Shown here piece by piece: positions 45,531-56,498 of a stretch of DNA of 64,000 nucleotides. Below the pieces are notes generated by a model. That model saw only the letters and a program-made list of their open reading frames with translations. It made no database searches and had not been told where the DNA came from. This DNA comes from Parvularculales bacterium (GTDB lineage Bacteria; Pseudomonadota; Alphaproteobacteria; JAPOUT01; JBAJNM01): contig JBAJNM010000005.1 of the NCBI GenBank assembly GCA_036881865.1, forward strand, positions 3,868-67,867. Reading direction: 5' to 3'. Both the position numbers and the translations under genes were made by a program. The stretch's first letter is position 1. Every line of letters starts with the position of its first letter.

Positions 45531-47264
45531 ATGGATAAAATGAACGTTCATAAATTTGATAAATCAAAACTACCCAGCCGTCATGTAACAGAGGGGCCGG
45601 AGCGTGCCCCCCATCGCTCTTATTATTATGCTATGGGGTTGACGGAAGAAGAGATCAACCGTCCGTTTGTCGGGGTTGCGAGCTGCTGGAATGAGGCTGC
45701 GCCTTGTAATATTGCTCTGATGCGGCAAGCGCAATCAGTTAAGGTGGGCGTGAAGGAATCTTTTGGTACGCCACGGGAGTTTTGCACCATAACGGTAACC
45801 GATGGCATTGCTATGGGTCATCAGGGCATGAAGTCCTCACTGGTAAGTCGGGAGGTTATTGCCGATTCCGTAGAGTTGACCATGCGGGGTCATTGTTATG
45901 ATGCGCTTGTGGGGCTGGCGGGGTGCGATAAATCTCTGCCCGGTATGATGATGGCCATGTTGCGGTTGAATGTGCCCAGTGTGTTTATTTATGGGGGATC
46001 TATTTTACCGGGCCAGTTTAAGGGCCGTGATGTAACGGTGCAGGATGTGTTTGAGGCAGTTGGACAACACGCTGCCGGACAGTTGGGGGAGGATGATTTG
46101 CGTGAGCTGGAGTGTGTTGCGTGTCCGGGGGCCGGCGCATGTGGGGGGCAGTATACGGCCAATACGATGGCCTGTGTTTCGGAGGCTATAGGTTTGGCAT
46201 TGCCTCATTCAAGTGGTGCACCGGCGGTTTATGAGAGTCGTGATGCCTATGCAGAGGCGAGCGGACAGGCTGTTATGGCACTTGTGGCCGATAATCTGCG
46301 CCCAAGAGATATTGTAACCCGCAAGGCGTTAGAAAATGCGGCGGCGGTGGTAGCCGCAACAGGGGGGTCTACCAATGCAGGGTTGCATTTGCCGGCCATG
46401 GCTCATGAGGCGGGGATTGATTTTGACTTAATGGAGGTTGCTGAAATCTTCAAACGCACGCCGTATATCGCTGATTTGAAGCCCGGGGGGCAATATGTAG
46501 CCCGTGATATGTATGAAGCGGGCGGGGTGCCAATGTTATTAAAGGTATTGCTGGAGGGTGGTTATCTTCATGGCGATTGTTTGACGGTAACGGGTAAGAC
46601 ATTGGCTGAAAACCTTGAGGGTATAAGTTTTGACCCTGAGCAGAAAGTCATTTATCCGGTATCGGCACCCTTGTCGCCTACAGGCGGTGTTGTGGGGTTG
46701 AAAGGCTCTCTTGCGCCGGAGGGGGCGATTGTAAAAGTTGCGGGGATGACATCACTCAGGTTTTCAGGGGCGGCACGGTGTTTTGACTGTGAGGAAGATG
46801 CCTTTGCGGCTGTAGAGCGTGGTGAGTATGAGGCTGGGGATGTTTTAGTGGTCCGTTACGAAGGGCCACGTGGGGGTCCGGGTATGAGAGAGATGTTGTC
46901 CACCACTTCGGCTCTTTACGGTCAGGGGATGGGAGATAAAGTTGCGTTAATTACGGATGGCCGTTTTTCCGGAGCTACCCGGGGGTTTTGCATAGGTCAT
47001 GTAGGACCGGAGGCTGCTATGGGGGGGGTTATCGGGTTGTTGCGCAATGGCGATATGATTCATATTGATGCTGGGGAGGGTGTTTTGGATGTTGATTTAG
47101 ATGAGGCGGAGTTAGAGCGTCGTCGTGAGAGTTGGCAGCCGCCGGAGAGAGGTTATACATCGGGTACATTGTGGAAGTATGCCGAGCAGGTTGGTCCGGC
47201 GTACAAGGGTGCGGTGACTCACCCCGGTGGTGCGGTGGAGCGCCAATGCTACGCAGATATTTAA
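45531..47264 (+). CDS. ilvD: dihydroxy-acid dehydratase
   Basis: 577-aa ORF with [22 protein letters not shown] and overall IlvD/Edd family sequence. Confidence 0.95.
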   Translation: MDKMNVHKFDKSKLPSRHVTEGPERAPHRSYYYAMGLTEEEINRPFVGVASCWNEAAPCNIALMRQAQSVKVGVKESFGTPREFCTITVTDGIAMGHQGMKSSLVSREVIADSVELTMRGHCYDALVGLAGCDKSLPGMMMAMLRLNVPSVFIYGGSILPGQFKGRDVTVQDVFEAVGQHAAGQLGEDDLRELECVACPGAGACGGQYTANTMACVSEAIGLALPHSSGAPAVYESRDAYAEASGQAVMALVADNLRPRDIVTRKALENAAAVVAATGGSTNAGLHLPAMAHEAGIDFDLMEVAEIFKRTPYIADLKPGGQYVARDMYEAGGVPMLLKVLLEGGYLHGDCLTVTGKTLAENLEGISFDPEQKVIYPVSAPLSPTGGVVGLKGSLAPEGAIVKVAGMTSLRFSGAARCFDCEEDAFAAVERGEYEAGDVLVVRYEGPRGGPGMREMLSTTSALYGQGMGDKVALITDGRFSGATRGFCIGHVGPEAAMGGVIGLLRNGDMIHIDAGEGVLDVDLDEAELERRRESWQPPERGYTSGTLWKYAEQVGPAYKGAVTHPGGAVERQCYADI

Positions 47265-47304
47265 AATGCATCCGGCACTATAGGTAGAAACCGGAAAAGC
47301 AAAC

Positions 47305-48099
47305 TTAAGGTCTCAATTCAACGATGACCGGCACGTGATCAGAGGGTTTTTCCCAATCCCGTACTTCCCGGTGAATAATGCATGACGCAAGCGTATCCGT
47401 TGCTTGTGGTGAAAGTAACAGATGGTCTATGCGTATGCCATGATTACGCCGCCATGCTCCCCCTTTGTAATCCCAAAAGGTGTAGGCTGGCGCTTCATCA
47501 TTGCAAGCCCGCAGAGCATCCGTGAAACCAACGTTCAATAAAGATCGAAAACGATCACGGATAGAGGGCAAAAACAGCGCATCAGACTCCCAGGCCGGGG
47601 GGTCATAAACATCCCGCTCTTCCGGTATGACGTTATAATCTCCGGCTAAAACAAGAACTTCTTCATACTCCAGCAAATTTAAAGCGTGGGCATGAAATGC
47701 CTCCATCCACTCTAACTTGTAGTCATATTTGGGGCCGGGTGCCGGGTTGCCATTGGGCAAATAAAGTGAGGCTACCCGTATCGGAGCCATTCCCGCAGGT
47801 GCGATAACGCCTTCTATATAACGGGCCTGCTCGTCCTGTTCATAATCTGGAATTCCCCGTTGGATATCCTCGATGGGAAAACGGGACAATAAAGCGACGC
47901 CGTTATATGTTTTTTGTCCGTGGGTGACGACGTTATAACCCAAATCATCAAACGGTTGGTGAGGGAAGTCTTCGTCCGTACATTTGATTTCTTGCAAGCA
48001 GACCACATCGGGTTTTTTCTGCTCAAGCCATGTAACTACCTGAGGTAAACGTGCCCGAACCGAGTTCACATTCCATGTCGCGATAGCAATGTTACTCAC
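47305..48099 (-). CDS. xthA: exodeoxyribonuclease III
   Basis: 264-aa ORF with IATWNVNSVRARL, VVCLQEIK and SDHVPVIVEL. Confidence 0.93.
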   Translation of the reverse strand: MSNIAIATWNVNSVRARLPQVVTWLEQKKPDVVCLQEIKCTDEDFPHQPFDDLGYNVVTHGQKTYNGVALLSRFPIEDIQRGIPDYEQDEQARYIEGVIAPAGMAPIRVASLYLPNGNPAPGPKYDYKLEWMEAFHAHALNLLEYEEVLVLAGDYNVIPEERDVYDPPAWESDALFLPSIRDRFRSLLNVGFTDALRACNDEAPAYTFWDYKGGAWRRNHGIRIDHLLLSPQATDTLASCIIHREVRDWEKPSDHVPVIVELRP

Positions 48100-48108
48100 A
48101 AGCTTATA

Positions 48109-48453
48109 TCACAGAGAAAAAGACGTCCCACAGCCACACGACGCTGTTGCCTGAGGATTACGCACTTGAAAGGACGCCCCAATAATATCCTCAACAAAGT
48201 CAATCTCAGATCCGGCCATATAATCAAGGGATACGCTGTCTATCAAAACAACCGCACCTTGTTTTTCAATAACATGGTCATCATCCTGACGGGTTTCCTC
48301 CAGCGTGAATCCATATTGAAAGCCGGAGCAGCCTCCACCGGAGACCGAAACCCGCAACATGGCATCCCGCTCTTCCGAGGCTAGAATGGTAGCAATCCGC
48401 CGGGTGGCAGAATCAGACAGGGTAACAGGGGCGGGAGAAGTCGTAGTATCCAT
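48109..48453 (-). CDS. erpA: iron-sulfur cluster insertion protein ErpA (HesB/IscA family)
   Basis: 114-aa ORF with LRVSVSGGGCSGFQY and a C-terminal CGCGTSF. Confidence 0.9.
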   Translation of the reverse strand: MDTTTSPAPVTLSDSATRRIATILASEERDAMLRVSVSGGGCSGFQYGFTLEETRQDDDHVIEKQGAVVLIDSVSLDYMAGSEIDFVEDIIGASFQVRNPQATASCGCGTSFSL

Positions 48454-48591
48454 CAGGGCATAATCCTATTTCAGAGACATCTATAATATAGTATCTCTTA
48501 CCCATCATTATAACCCGTTTTGGTTAAAATTTCATATCGCCTGTCTGGCCTGTTTGAGCTAGACATTATACAGGGGTAGACAACAGGGTCG

Positions 48592-50367
48592 ATGAACGTT
48601 TTTGCCGTTTTTGAAAATTACCTCTACGAGGGGTTGGATAGTCTAGTGAAGGATGGCGTATTGCCTGAGAACCTTGACTACACCCGTATTACCGTGGAGC
48701 CCCCCCGTAATCCTGACCATGGTGATATTGCGACCAATGTAGCCATGGTGTTGGCAAAACCTGCCGGTCTGAAACCTCGCCATATTGCTGAGGCTTTAGT
48801 AGAGGGTCTTAAGGGTCGCGAGATGATCGCGGGCATTGAAATTGCCGGCCCGGGATTTTTGAACATTCGTCTTTCAGAGACATCCTTGCGCGATATTGCT
48901 GGTTATGTGTTGAAGGCCAACCGGCGTTTTGCGGCAAATTCTTTCGGAGCGGGGCATAAGGTAAATGTTGAGTATGTTTCCGCTAATCCCACCGGCCCGT
49001 TGCATATAGGTCATACACGGGGCGCTATTTTTGGAGACGCACTGGCGAATCTGCTGGCATGGACGGGCCATGAGGTGTGTCGTGAGTATTATATTAATGA
49101 TGCGGGGGGACAAATAGACACACTTACCCAGTCGGTCTGGTTGCGGTACAGGGAGGCGTTGGGTGAGGATATAGATTCAATGCCGGAGGATAGCTATCCG
49201 GGAGATTATCTAAAACCGGTTGGAGCGGCGTTGGCTGATCAATATAAGGATACGTTGCTTAGTAAGCCGGAAGATGAGTGGCAATCTGTGGTGCGGGATG
49301 CGGCGGTTGAAGCTATGATGGCGCTTATCAAGGAAGACATGGCTACGCTTGGTGTACACCATGAGGTGTTCTCTTCTGAGCGGTCCATGATTGGAGATGG
49401 CAAACTTGAGGCTGCCATTGGCATTCTGCAAGAGAAAGGCTTGCTTTACAGGGGCATCCTGAAGCCACCAAAGGGCAGGGAGTCTGATGAGGAGTCCGGT
49501 GAGGAGTGTGCGCCGGAGCCGCAGTTGCTCTTTCGGTCAACCCAATTCGGAGACGATAGAGACCGTGCCGTTCAACGCTCCAACGGGTTGTTTACATATT
49601 TTGCGTCTGACATTGCCTATCATCTGGATAAATTCCGGCGAGGATATTGTAACATGATCGGTGTGTGGGGCGCTGACCATAGCGGTTATATTAAGCGGTT
49701 ACAGGCAATGGTGACGGCCATTACCGATGGCGAGGGGGCGGCTGAAATCAGGATTTGCCAGCTGGTCAGGTTTTTGCGGGATGCGCAACCCGTCAAAATG
49801 TCAAAACGGGCCGGAGAGTTTGTAAGCGTACGGGATATCGTCAATGAAGTGGGGGGGGATGCGGTGCGGTTTATGATGTTGTATCGCCGTAACGATGCTC
49901 CGCTGGATTTTGATTTTGAGAAGGTTAAGGAGCAGTCGAGAGACAATCCTATTTTTTATGTGCAATACGCCCATGCGCGCATTTGCTCGGTTTTGCGGGT
50001 TGCGGTGGAGCCGGAAAATGGTTTAACACTGCAAGAGATAGAACCGGAAGTGCTGGCAGGGGCTGATTTTAAACAAATTTCTGATGAGTTAGAAATGGCT
50101 TTACTTAGGCAGGTGGCGGCCTTTCCACGCCTTATTGCCAGTAGCGCCATGACACGGGAGCCTCACAGAGTGGCCTTTTATCTCTATGAATTAGCCTCTA
50201 CCTTTCATGCTCTCTGGAATAAGGGCAGAGATGATTCTGCTTTGCGCTTTATTAGACAAGATAATAAGCCGCTTACGCTGGCACGTCTCGGGTTGATAAC
50301 GACAGTTGCCTTTATTCTGGCTGAAGGGTTAGAAATTTTGGGGATTACGCCTGCCCGTGAAATGTGA
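48592..50367 (+). CDS. argS: arginine--tRNA ligase
   Basis: 591-aa ORF with SANPTGPLHIGHTRG (HIGH-type) and a DALR anticodon-binding-like C-terminus. Confidence 0.96.
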   Translation: MNVFAVFENYLYEGLDSLVKDGVLPENLDYTRITVEPPRNPDHGDIATNVAMVLAKPAGLKPRHIAEALVEGLKGREMIAGIEIAGPGFLNIRLSETSLRDIAGYVLKANRRFAANSFGAGHKVNVEYVSANPTGPLHIGHTRGAIFGDALANLLAWTGHEVCREYYINDAGGQIDTLTQSVWLRYREALGEDIDSMPEDSYPGDYLKPVGAALADQYKDTLLSKPEDEWQSVVRDAAVEAMMALIKEDMATLGVHHEVFSSERSMIGDGKLEAAIGILQEKGLLYRGILKPPKGRESDEESGEECAPEPQLLFRSTQFGDDRDRAVQRSNGLFTYFASDIAYHLDKFRRGYCNMIGVWGADHSGYIKRLQAMVTAITDGEGAAEIRICQLVRFLRDAQPVKMSKRAGEFVSVRDIVNEVGGDAVRFMMLYRRNDAPLDFDFEKVKEQSRDNPIFYVQYAHARICSVLRVAVEPENGLTLQEIEPEVLAGADFKQISDELEMALLRQVAAFPRLIASSAMTREPHRVAFYLYELASTFHALWNKGRDDSALRFIRQDNKPLTLARLGLITTVAFILAEGLEILGITPAREM

Positions 50368-50429
50368 TTTCCTGAACGACAGGGGTGTTATACTATCTGT
50401 AGGGCAATAGATTCGTTCAGGAGAAAACC

Positions 50430-51185
50430 ATGACCATGCCAGATGACTTACCGCCTATGAAAAGCGGCTATGACTACGCCAGAGATGCAAAGTCCGAGCA
50501 GGGCAAATCGGGTCGGCCTGTCTATTGGCTATCTGCGGCAGTTGTCGTGGTGGTGGTGTTTTTTCTTGGGTTTTATACAGGCCAATCAGGGAGGTTTTCG
50601 GACCCGGAGGGTACAGGGCTTCCTGTTATAGAAAGCCGGAATGAGCCGGTTAAAGTAAAGCCGGAAGATCCGGGTGGATTGAAGATTCCTCATCAGGATA
50701 AAAAGATATATGAAAGAATTACCGGTGGGGAGGACGCTAGTGGTGCCAGTAAGGATAGCCTTACCGCTTCCCGGATAACGGAAGATATGGAAGAGATGGT
50801 TAAGGAGGTGGATGCGGGCAACGGGCCTGTTTCGGCTCCTCCCGTTTCGGCTTCTGTTGCCACACAGGATGCTATTGCGCCGGCAAAGCCAGCCGTAGCG
50901 TCTTCAAATAACAAAAAGACACACTACCGGGTGCAGATTAGCTCCTGGAGAAGTGAGTCTGATGCTCAAAAAGCTTTGGCAAAGGCTCTGTCTCAGTATC
51001 CGGAAATTAAAGATATGGAAGGCGTGATTCTCAAGGTTAATATTCCTGAGCAAGGTGTTTTTTATCGCGCTCAGTTGCAATCATTTACACACAGTAGCGA
51101 TAAGGCTTTTGCACAAAGCAAGTGCAATTCTCTCAAAAGGGAAGGTGTAGACTGCTTTGTAGTGTCTTTGTCGTCTGGTTCCTGA
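50430..51185 (+). CDS. SPOR-domain peptidoglycan-binding protein
   Basis: 251-aa ORF with an N-terminal TM and a C-terminal YRVQISSWRSESDAQKALAKA...YRAQLQSF SPOR pattern. Confidence 0.85.
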   Translation: MTMPDDLPPMKSGYDYARDAKSEQGKSGRPVYWLSAAVVVVVVFFLGFYTGQSGRFSDPEGTGLPVIESRNEPVKVKPEDPGGLKIPHQDKKIYERITGGEDASGASKDSLTASRITEDMEEMVKEVDAGNGPVSAPPVSASVATQDAIAPAKPAVASSNNKKTHYRVQISSWRSESDAQKALAKALSQYPEIKDMEGVILKVNIPEQGVFYRAQLQSFTHSSDKAFAQSKCNSLKREGVDCFVVSLSSGS

Positions 51186-51203
51186 CTTCCCGGGCGCCGT
51201 TTC

Positions 51204-52244
51204 GTGCCCGAAGCGTTTATTGCCGCCAAAGCATTCATTGCAGGATGTAGGGGTGCGCAACTGACGCACACGGAGCGTGATTTTTTTCGCGAAGCTAATC
51301 CATGGGGTTTTATTCTGTTTTCCCGTAATTGTGCGTCTCCTGAGCAGGTTTATTCATTAACACAGGACTTGCAGGATTCTGTTGGACGGAATGCCCCCGT
51401 TCTCATAGATCAGGAAGGGGGGCGGGTTGCACGGTTGAAACCTCCGCACTGGTCTTTGTTTCCACCGGCGCAGATCTATGGCACTCTTTATGAGCAAGAT
51501 CCTGAGCGGGGCATGGAAGCCGTTTATCTTGGTGCACGGCTTATGGCTCATGAACTATGCACGGTGGGGGTGAATGCGAATTGTTGGCCGGTGCTTGACG
51601 TGCCGGTTGAGGGGGCTGATCCGGCCATTGGTGATAGGGCTTTTGGAAATAATCCGGATGTTGTAACGGCTCTTGGGCGGTCGGCGGGAGCTGGATTGTT
51701 GGAGGGCAGTGTTCTTCCGGTTGTAAAACATATACCTGGTCAGGGGCGGGCACTGAGGGATACTCATAAGTCATCGGCTTGTATTTCAGCCTCGACGGAT
51801 GAACTTTTACAAACCGATTGGGTGCCATTTCGGGCATTGAATGATTTGCCCATGGCCATGACGGGGCATGTAACGTACGAAGCCATTGATTCAGATAATC
51901 CGGCAACATTATCGTCCCTAATTATTGATTCTGTTATTCGGGATCAGATAGGCTTTGATGGTCTTCTTTTGAGTGATGATATCAGCATGAGGGCTTTGTC
52001 GGGAGATTCAGCGGAGCGGTCTCTTATGGCCTTAAAGGCCGGGTGCGATGTGGTTGTGCATTGTAACGGCGACTTGCAAGAAATGGCCGCAATTGCGGGC
52101 GTTGCGCCGCTTCTTGAGGGGCGGGCGGCGCACCGGGCCGCTCGGGCTCTTGAGCAGGGCACAGAAGTACGAGATATAGAGTCTTCCGCACTAATCAGGC
52201 GTTTTGAAACTCTGATGGAAGGTGTATGGGCACCGTCGCCATGA
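51204..52244 (+). CDS. nagZ: beta-N-acetylhexosaminidase
   Basis: 346-aa ORF (GTG start) with LIDQEGGRVARL, KHIPGQGRA and LLLSDDISM. Confidence 0.9.
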   Translation: MPEAFIAAKAFIAGCRGAQLTHTERDFFREANPWGFILFSRNCASPEQVYSLTQDLQDSVGRNAPVLIDQEGGRVARLKPPHWSLFPPAQIYGTLYEQDPERGMEAVYLGARLMAHELCTVGVNANCWPVLDVPVEGADPAIGDRAFGNNPDVVTALGRSAGAGLLEGSVLPVVKHIPGQGRALRDTHKSSACISASTDELLQTDWVPFRALNDLPMAMTGHVTYEAIDSDNPATLSSLIIDSVIRDQIGFDGLLLSDDISMRALSGDSAERSLMALKAGCDVVVHCNGDLQEMAAIAGVAPLLEGRAAHRAARALEQGTEVRDIESSALIRRFETLMEGVWAPSP

Positions 52245-52301
52245 CGGAGTGAGGAGATAAGAATCCCATGACCTGAGGGCTTTGTCAGGTTATAACAAGA
52301 C

Positions 52302-53168
52302 ATGAGTATCAATCAGCCAGAAACGTCAGTGCTGGATGAAGGGCGATTCAGTGATCTGGATCCGGCTCAGGTTCTGGTTCTTACATTAGAGGGTTATGAG
52401 GGGCCTCTGGATGCTCTCTTATTTTTAGCGCGAGAGCAAAAGGTTAATCTGGCTAAACTCTCTATGCTGAAACTGGCGGAGCAATATCTGACTTTTATAG
52501 AGTCCGCCCGTGACTTATCTATGGAGTTGGCGGGGGATTATCTGGTTATGGCGGCGTGGTTGGCGTATATGAAGTCCCGCTTGTTGCTGCCACCGGATGA
52601 TGAAGATGAAGAGCCGAGTGGTGAGGAGTTAGCTGCTCAGTTAGCCTTTCGTTTGCGGCGGTTGGAGGCGATGCGTACGGTGTCCGCTCAACTTTTAGCC
52701 CGTAATCAAATGGGAGAGAACGTGTTTCCGCGAGGTGCTCCCGAGGGGATTCATATCTTAAAACGGAGTATCTATAGTGCAACCCTTTATGACTTGCTCA
52801 AATCTTACTGTGACCATAGGAACAAAAAAGATATACCAACGTGGCAGCCAAAAAAACGGGCTGTGTTGAGTTTAACGCAGGCGCGTAAGCAGCTGGAAGA
52901 CAGGCTGGGGCTAGTGGTGAGTTGGGAGCGTCTTGAGACCTTTTTGCCGAAGGATTTTCTGGCCATTGGCATGCCTCAGTCAGCACTGGCCAGTACGTTG
53001 GGTGCGTCTTTAGATCTGGTTCGGGATGGACGGGCGGAATTGCGTCAACTTGGGGCTTTCGCGCCGCTTTATGTGCGTCCTGCTCAACGTGATTCTACCG
53101 CAGAAGAAGAGTCTCCGGTCAGTACAGAAGAGAACTCAACACAGATAGAGAAAACGGATAATGGATGA
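52302..53168 (+). CDS. scpA: segregation and condensation protein A
   Basis: 288-aa ORF with LEGYEGPLDALLFLAREQKVNL...LAEQYL. Confidence 0.9.
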   Translation: MSINQPETSVLDEGRFSDLDPAQVLVLTLEGYEGPLDALLFLAREQKVNLAKLSMLKLAEQYLTFIESARDLSMELAGDYLVMAAWLAYMKSRLLLPPDDEDEEPSGEELAAQLAFRLRRLEAMRTVSAQLLARNQMGENVFPRGAPEGIHILKRSIYSATLYDLLKSYCDHRNKKDIPTWQPKKRAVLSLTQARKQLEDRLGLVVSWERLETFLPKDFLAIGMPQSALASTLGASLDLVRDGRAELRQLGAFAPLYVRPAQRDSTAEEESPVSTEENSTQIEKTDNG

Positions 53169-53815
53169 TGGATGAGCATTTGCGGATGATAGAATCTGTG
53201 TTGTTTGCAGCGGCGGAGCCTCTTGATGAACAAAGCATAGCAGCCCGATTGCCGAAGGATGCCGATGTACCGGCTTTGCTTGAGACTTTAAGGGAAAATT
53301 ATGAGAGGAGGGGGGTCAATCTTGTATATGTGGCGAAGAAATGGATGTTTCGGACAGCCCCGGATATGGCTCCTTTGATGGAGCGTGAGAAGATTGTTCG
53401 TCGTCGTTTGTCACGTGCGGCTATGGAGACGTTGGCAATTATTGCCTATCATCAATCGGTTACGCGGGCGGATATTGAGAGTATTAGAGGGGTTAGTGTA
53501 TCACCCGGAACGATGGATACATTGCTGGAGACGGGCTGGGTGCGTATTCGAGGACGGCGGAAGACGCCCGGGCGGCCTGTGGTATATGGCACGACGGAAG
53601 CGTTTTTGGTGCATTTTGATTTGGAAGACGTTGCAAGCTTGCCCGGTATGGACGAGTTAAAGGCGGCGGGTTTGTTGGATTCCCGATTGCCGGGTGATTT
53701 TCAGATGCCTATGCCCGGTCAGGATGATGATGAAGTGCTTGATCCTTATGAAGATGAGGACGAAGATGGAGATGAAGATGCCGGAGTTGATTTATCGGAG
53801 AGCGTGAAGGAGTGA
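53165..53815 (+). CDS. scpB: segregation and condensation protein B
   Basis: 216-aa ORF with IESVLFAAAEPL, LSRAAMETLAIIAYHQSVTRADIESIRGV and GRPVVYGTT. Confidence 0.92.
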   Translation: MMDEHLRMIESVLFAAAEPLDEQSIAARLPKDADVPALLETLRENYERRGVNLVYVAKKWMFRTAPDMAPLMEREKIVRRRLSRAAMETLAIIAYHQSVTRADIESIRGVSVSPGTMDTLLETGWVRIRGRRKTPGRPVVYGTTEAFLVHFDLEDVASLPGMDELKAAGLLDSRLPGDFQMPMPGQDDDEVLDPYEDEDEDGDEDAGVDLSESVKE

Positions 53816-53834
53816 CAGAACTCTTAATACCGGC

Positions 53835-54902
53835 ATGGCTCACATGGCTCATTTAGCGCTTAGAAATATATCCCACCGCTACGGGGACATGCTGGCAGTT
53901 GATGATGTATCGCTTAGTCTGGAGGGAGGGCATGTTCTTTGCCTTTTAGGGCCATCGGGTGGTGGCAAAACAACGCTGTTGCGCATTGTGGCGGGTCTGG
54001 AGCGGCAGACGGCGGGTGAGGTTTTGAGGTACGGGGAGTTGATAGCGGACAGCACATCTCTCTTTGTGCCTCCGGAAAAGCGTAATATGGGGCTGATGTT
54101 TCAGGATTATGCTTTATTTCCTCATTTGAATGTGTTTGACAACGTAGCGTTTGGGTTACGGGGATCAGCTGCCGGGGAGAAACGGGAGCGGGTGATGACC
54201 ATGCTTTCCCATGTGGGCATGACAAATTTTGCGGACGCCTACCCTCACCGCTTGTCCGGTGGTGAACAACAGCGTGTCGCGCTGGCCCGTGCTTTGGCAC
54301 CTGAGCCGGAGATTATGTTGATGGATGAGCCGTTTTCAGGGCTTGATCGCCGGTTACGCAATGACATTCGTGATGAGACGTTGAAGATGTTGAAATCTGC
54401 CGGCGTGACGACGCTTTTGGTCACACATGACCCGGAAGAAGCCATGCGGATGGGGGATTGTATTGCCCTGCTTCATCAGGGGAAATTAATGCAGTTGGGG
54501 TCACCGGAAGTTTTATTTAGAACACCTGCCACCGAAGAGGTAGCGGGTTTCTTCTCTGATTTCAATACGTTGAATACTATTGTTAAGGATTCTTGTGTAG
54601 AAACCCCTCTGGGAATTCTTAACATAAAAAATTTTTCTGATGGCACAAATCTCACTCTTATGGTGAGGCAAAGTGCTTTACGGCTAGTTTCCACCGATAA
54701 AGTGCTGACAAGTCATTATGACATTGAAGTAGAGGTCGTTCACACCCGGTTTTTGGGGGACTATACGCTAGCTGATGTGCGTATTGACGATATAGTGTGG
54801 CAAATTTCCTTATCCAGATCCTCAGAGATAAAGGCGGGAGAAAGAGTGCGACTTGCTCTTGATCCGGACGAAATCCTCATGTTTGAGCAAGAAATGGCGT
54901 AA
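53835..54902 (+). CDS. ABC transporter ATP-binding protein (FbpC/PotA-like with a TOBE-like C-terminus), no cognate permease adjacent
   Basis: 355-aa ORF. Walker A is GPSGGGKTT, the signature is LSGGEQQR, and Walker B is IMLMDEPFS. Confidence 0.88.
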   Translation: MAHMAHLALRNISHRYGDMLAVDDVSLSLEGGHVLCLLGPSGGGKTTLLRIVAGLERQTAGEVLRYGELIADSTSLFVPPEKRNMGLMFQDYALFPHLNVFDNVAFGLRGSAAGEKRERVMTMLSHVGMTNFADAYPHRLSGGEQQRVALARALAPEPEIMLMDEPFSGLDRRLRNDIRDETLKMLKSAGVTTLLVTHDPEEAMRMGDCIALLHQGKLMQLGSPEVLFRTPATEEVAGFFSDFNTLNTIVKDSCVETPLGILNIKNFSDGTNLTLMVRQSALRLVSTDKVLTSHYDIEVEVVHTRFLGDYTLADVRIDDIVWQISLSRSSEIKAGERVRLALDPDEILMFEQEMA

Positions 54903-54984
54903 AGATAGTCTAATGGCATATGTACGATTGCATGTTTTAAGCAAAATGTGCCATGGTAGTGTCAGAACATGAACCGGAGAAAGA

Positions 54985-55203
54985 GTGATGGTACCAAGCT
55001 GGGCACAGATATTAATCGTTGTGGTTCTGGTTATTCTGCTGTTTGGACGTGGCAAAATATCCGATTTGATGGGTGATCTGGCCAAGGGGATTAAGAGTTT
55101 TCGTAAAGGGCTTGCAGACTCTGATATAGAGCAACCCGAGGCCAAGGAGTCATCTAAACTGGCTGAAAAACGTGAGATAGAGTCGGATTCCAGCAACGGA
55201 TAA
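54985..55203 (+). CDS. tatA: twin-arginine translocase subunit TatA
   Basis: 72-aa ORF with [37 protein letters not shown]. Confidence 0.92.
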   Translation: MMVPSWAQILIVVVLVILLFGRGKISDLMGDLAKGIKSFRKGLADSDIEQPEAKESSKLAEKREIESDSSNG

Positions 55204-55279
55204 ATGGTGCGGACAACCGGTTGTTAGGGGTAGTTTGTCGCAATAATGTGGCGACAATTCAATGTAAAGCGAGCCGAGT

Positions 55280-55600
55280 ATGTTTGATATTGGGTGGCTG
55301 GAACTTCTAACACTTGCCGTTTTGGCGATTTTAGTGGTGGGGCCGAAGGATTTACCGCGTTTGATGCGGGGTGTGGGGCGGTTTGTGGCCCGTGCCAAAG
55401 CTATGGCGCGGCAGTTTCAAGCAGAGTTTGATGATATGGCTCGCGCTACAGACCTTGAGGGTCTGAGCCAGGATGTGAAGGGGTTTGCTCCACCTCCTTT
55501 GATTGGTGAAGAGCGCCGTATGGAGTTGCCTCCTAAGGACATGCCATCGGAAGAGCCGGTAATATATAAAAAGAATAATGAGAGCGAGGGCGAGCAATGA
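55280..55600 (+). CDS. tatB: twin-arginine translocase subunit TatB
   Basis: 106-aa ORF with MFDIGWLELLTLAVLAILVVGPKDLPRLMRGVGRFVARAK. Confidence 0.9.
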   Translation: MFDIGWLELLTLAVLAILVVGPKDLPRLMRGVGRFVARAKAMARQFQAEFDDMARATDLEGLSQDVKGFAPPPLIGEERRMELPPKDMPSEEPVIYKKNNESEGEQ

Positions 55601-56436
55601 CATTTACGCCCACACCAACACCCGCCCCGGATGATGAGGATGCCCACCATATAGAGGCTAGCAAAGCACCCTTGTTGGCTCATCTAATAGAGTTGCGTGG
55701 CCATGTGTTGTTTTCTCTTATTGTTTTTGTAGTCATGTTTGGGTTGTGTTTTTATTTGGCGCCGCAGATATTCAACATCTTGCTATATCCTTATGAAAGG
55801 GCATCTGAGGCGGGAGATTCTCTTCAACTGATTTATACCGCTCCTCAGGAGTTTCTCTTAACTCAGATTCGTCTGGCCCTGTTTGGGGCACTCTTTTTAT
55901 CTTTTCCGGTTATGGCAGTGCGCCTTTATATGTTTGTGGCACCCGGACTTTATCGTCAGGAACGGCGAGCCTTTTTGCCCTTTTTGGCCGCAACCCCGGT
56001 GTTGTTTTTGTTGGGATCGTTGCTGGTTTATTTTGTCATTATGCCTCTGGCTCTGGCTTTTTTTCTGGATATGGAACAAGCGGGTGGGCCTCAGGAGGCG
56101 GCCATTACCCTAATGCCCCGGGTCAGCGAATATCTTAGCCTTGCCATGACACTTATTTTTGCTTTTGGACTGTGTTTTCAGCTGCCGGTGTTGTTGACGC
56201 TTTTAGCGCGGGTTGGGTTGTTGCAGGCGGATAGCCTGCGGCGGCAACGCAAATATGCCGTTGTTGGTGTTTTTGCGTTGGCGGCAGTTTTAACCCCACC
56301 GGATATTATAAGCCAGATTGGTCTTGGCGTTCCTACCCTACTGCTTTATGAACTGTCTATCTTTTGTGTTGCGGCGGTGGAGAGAAAACAGGCGGCGCAG
56401 CGTATGGCAGATAATACGGGTGAGCTGGCCTCCTGA
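55597..56436 (+). CDS. tatC: twin-arginine translocase subunit TatC
   Basis: 279-aa ORF with six TM segments, APLLAHLIELR and LTPPDIISQ. Confidence 0.93.
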   Translation: MTFTPTPTPAPDDEDAHHIEASKAPLLAHLIELRGHVLFSLIVFVVMFGLCFYLAPQIFNILLYPYERASEAGDSLQLIYTAPQEFLLTQIRLALFGALFLSFPVMAVRLYMFVAPGLYRQERRAFLPFLAATPVLFLLGSLLVYFVIMPLALAFFLDMEQAGGPQEAAITLMPRVSEYLSLAMTLIFAFGLCFQLPVLLTLLARVGLLQADSLRRQRKYAVVGVFALAAVLTPPDIISQIGLGVPTLLLYELSIFCVAAVERKQAAQRMADNTGELAS

Positions 56437-56498
56437 CGGGTATTATAACTTATTGATCCTTTATGAGCATTGCGTTGCCCTAGTTAAAGAACGGTTTT

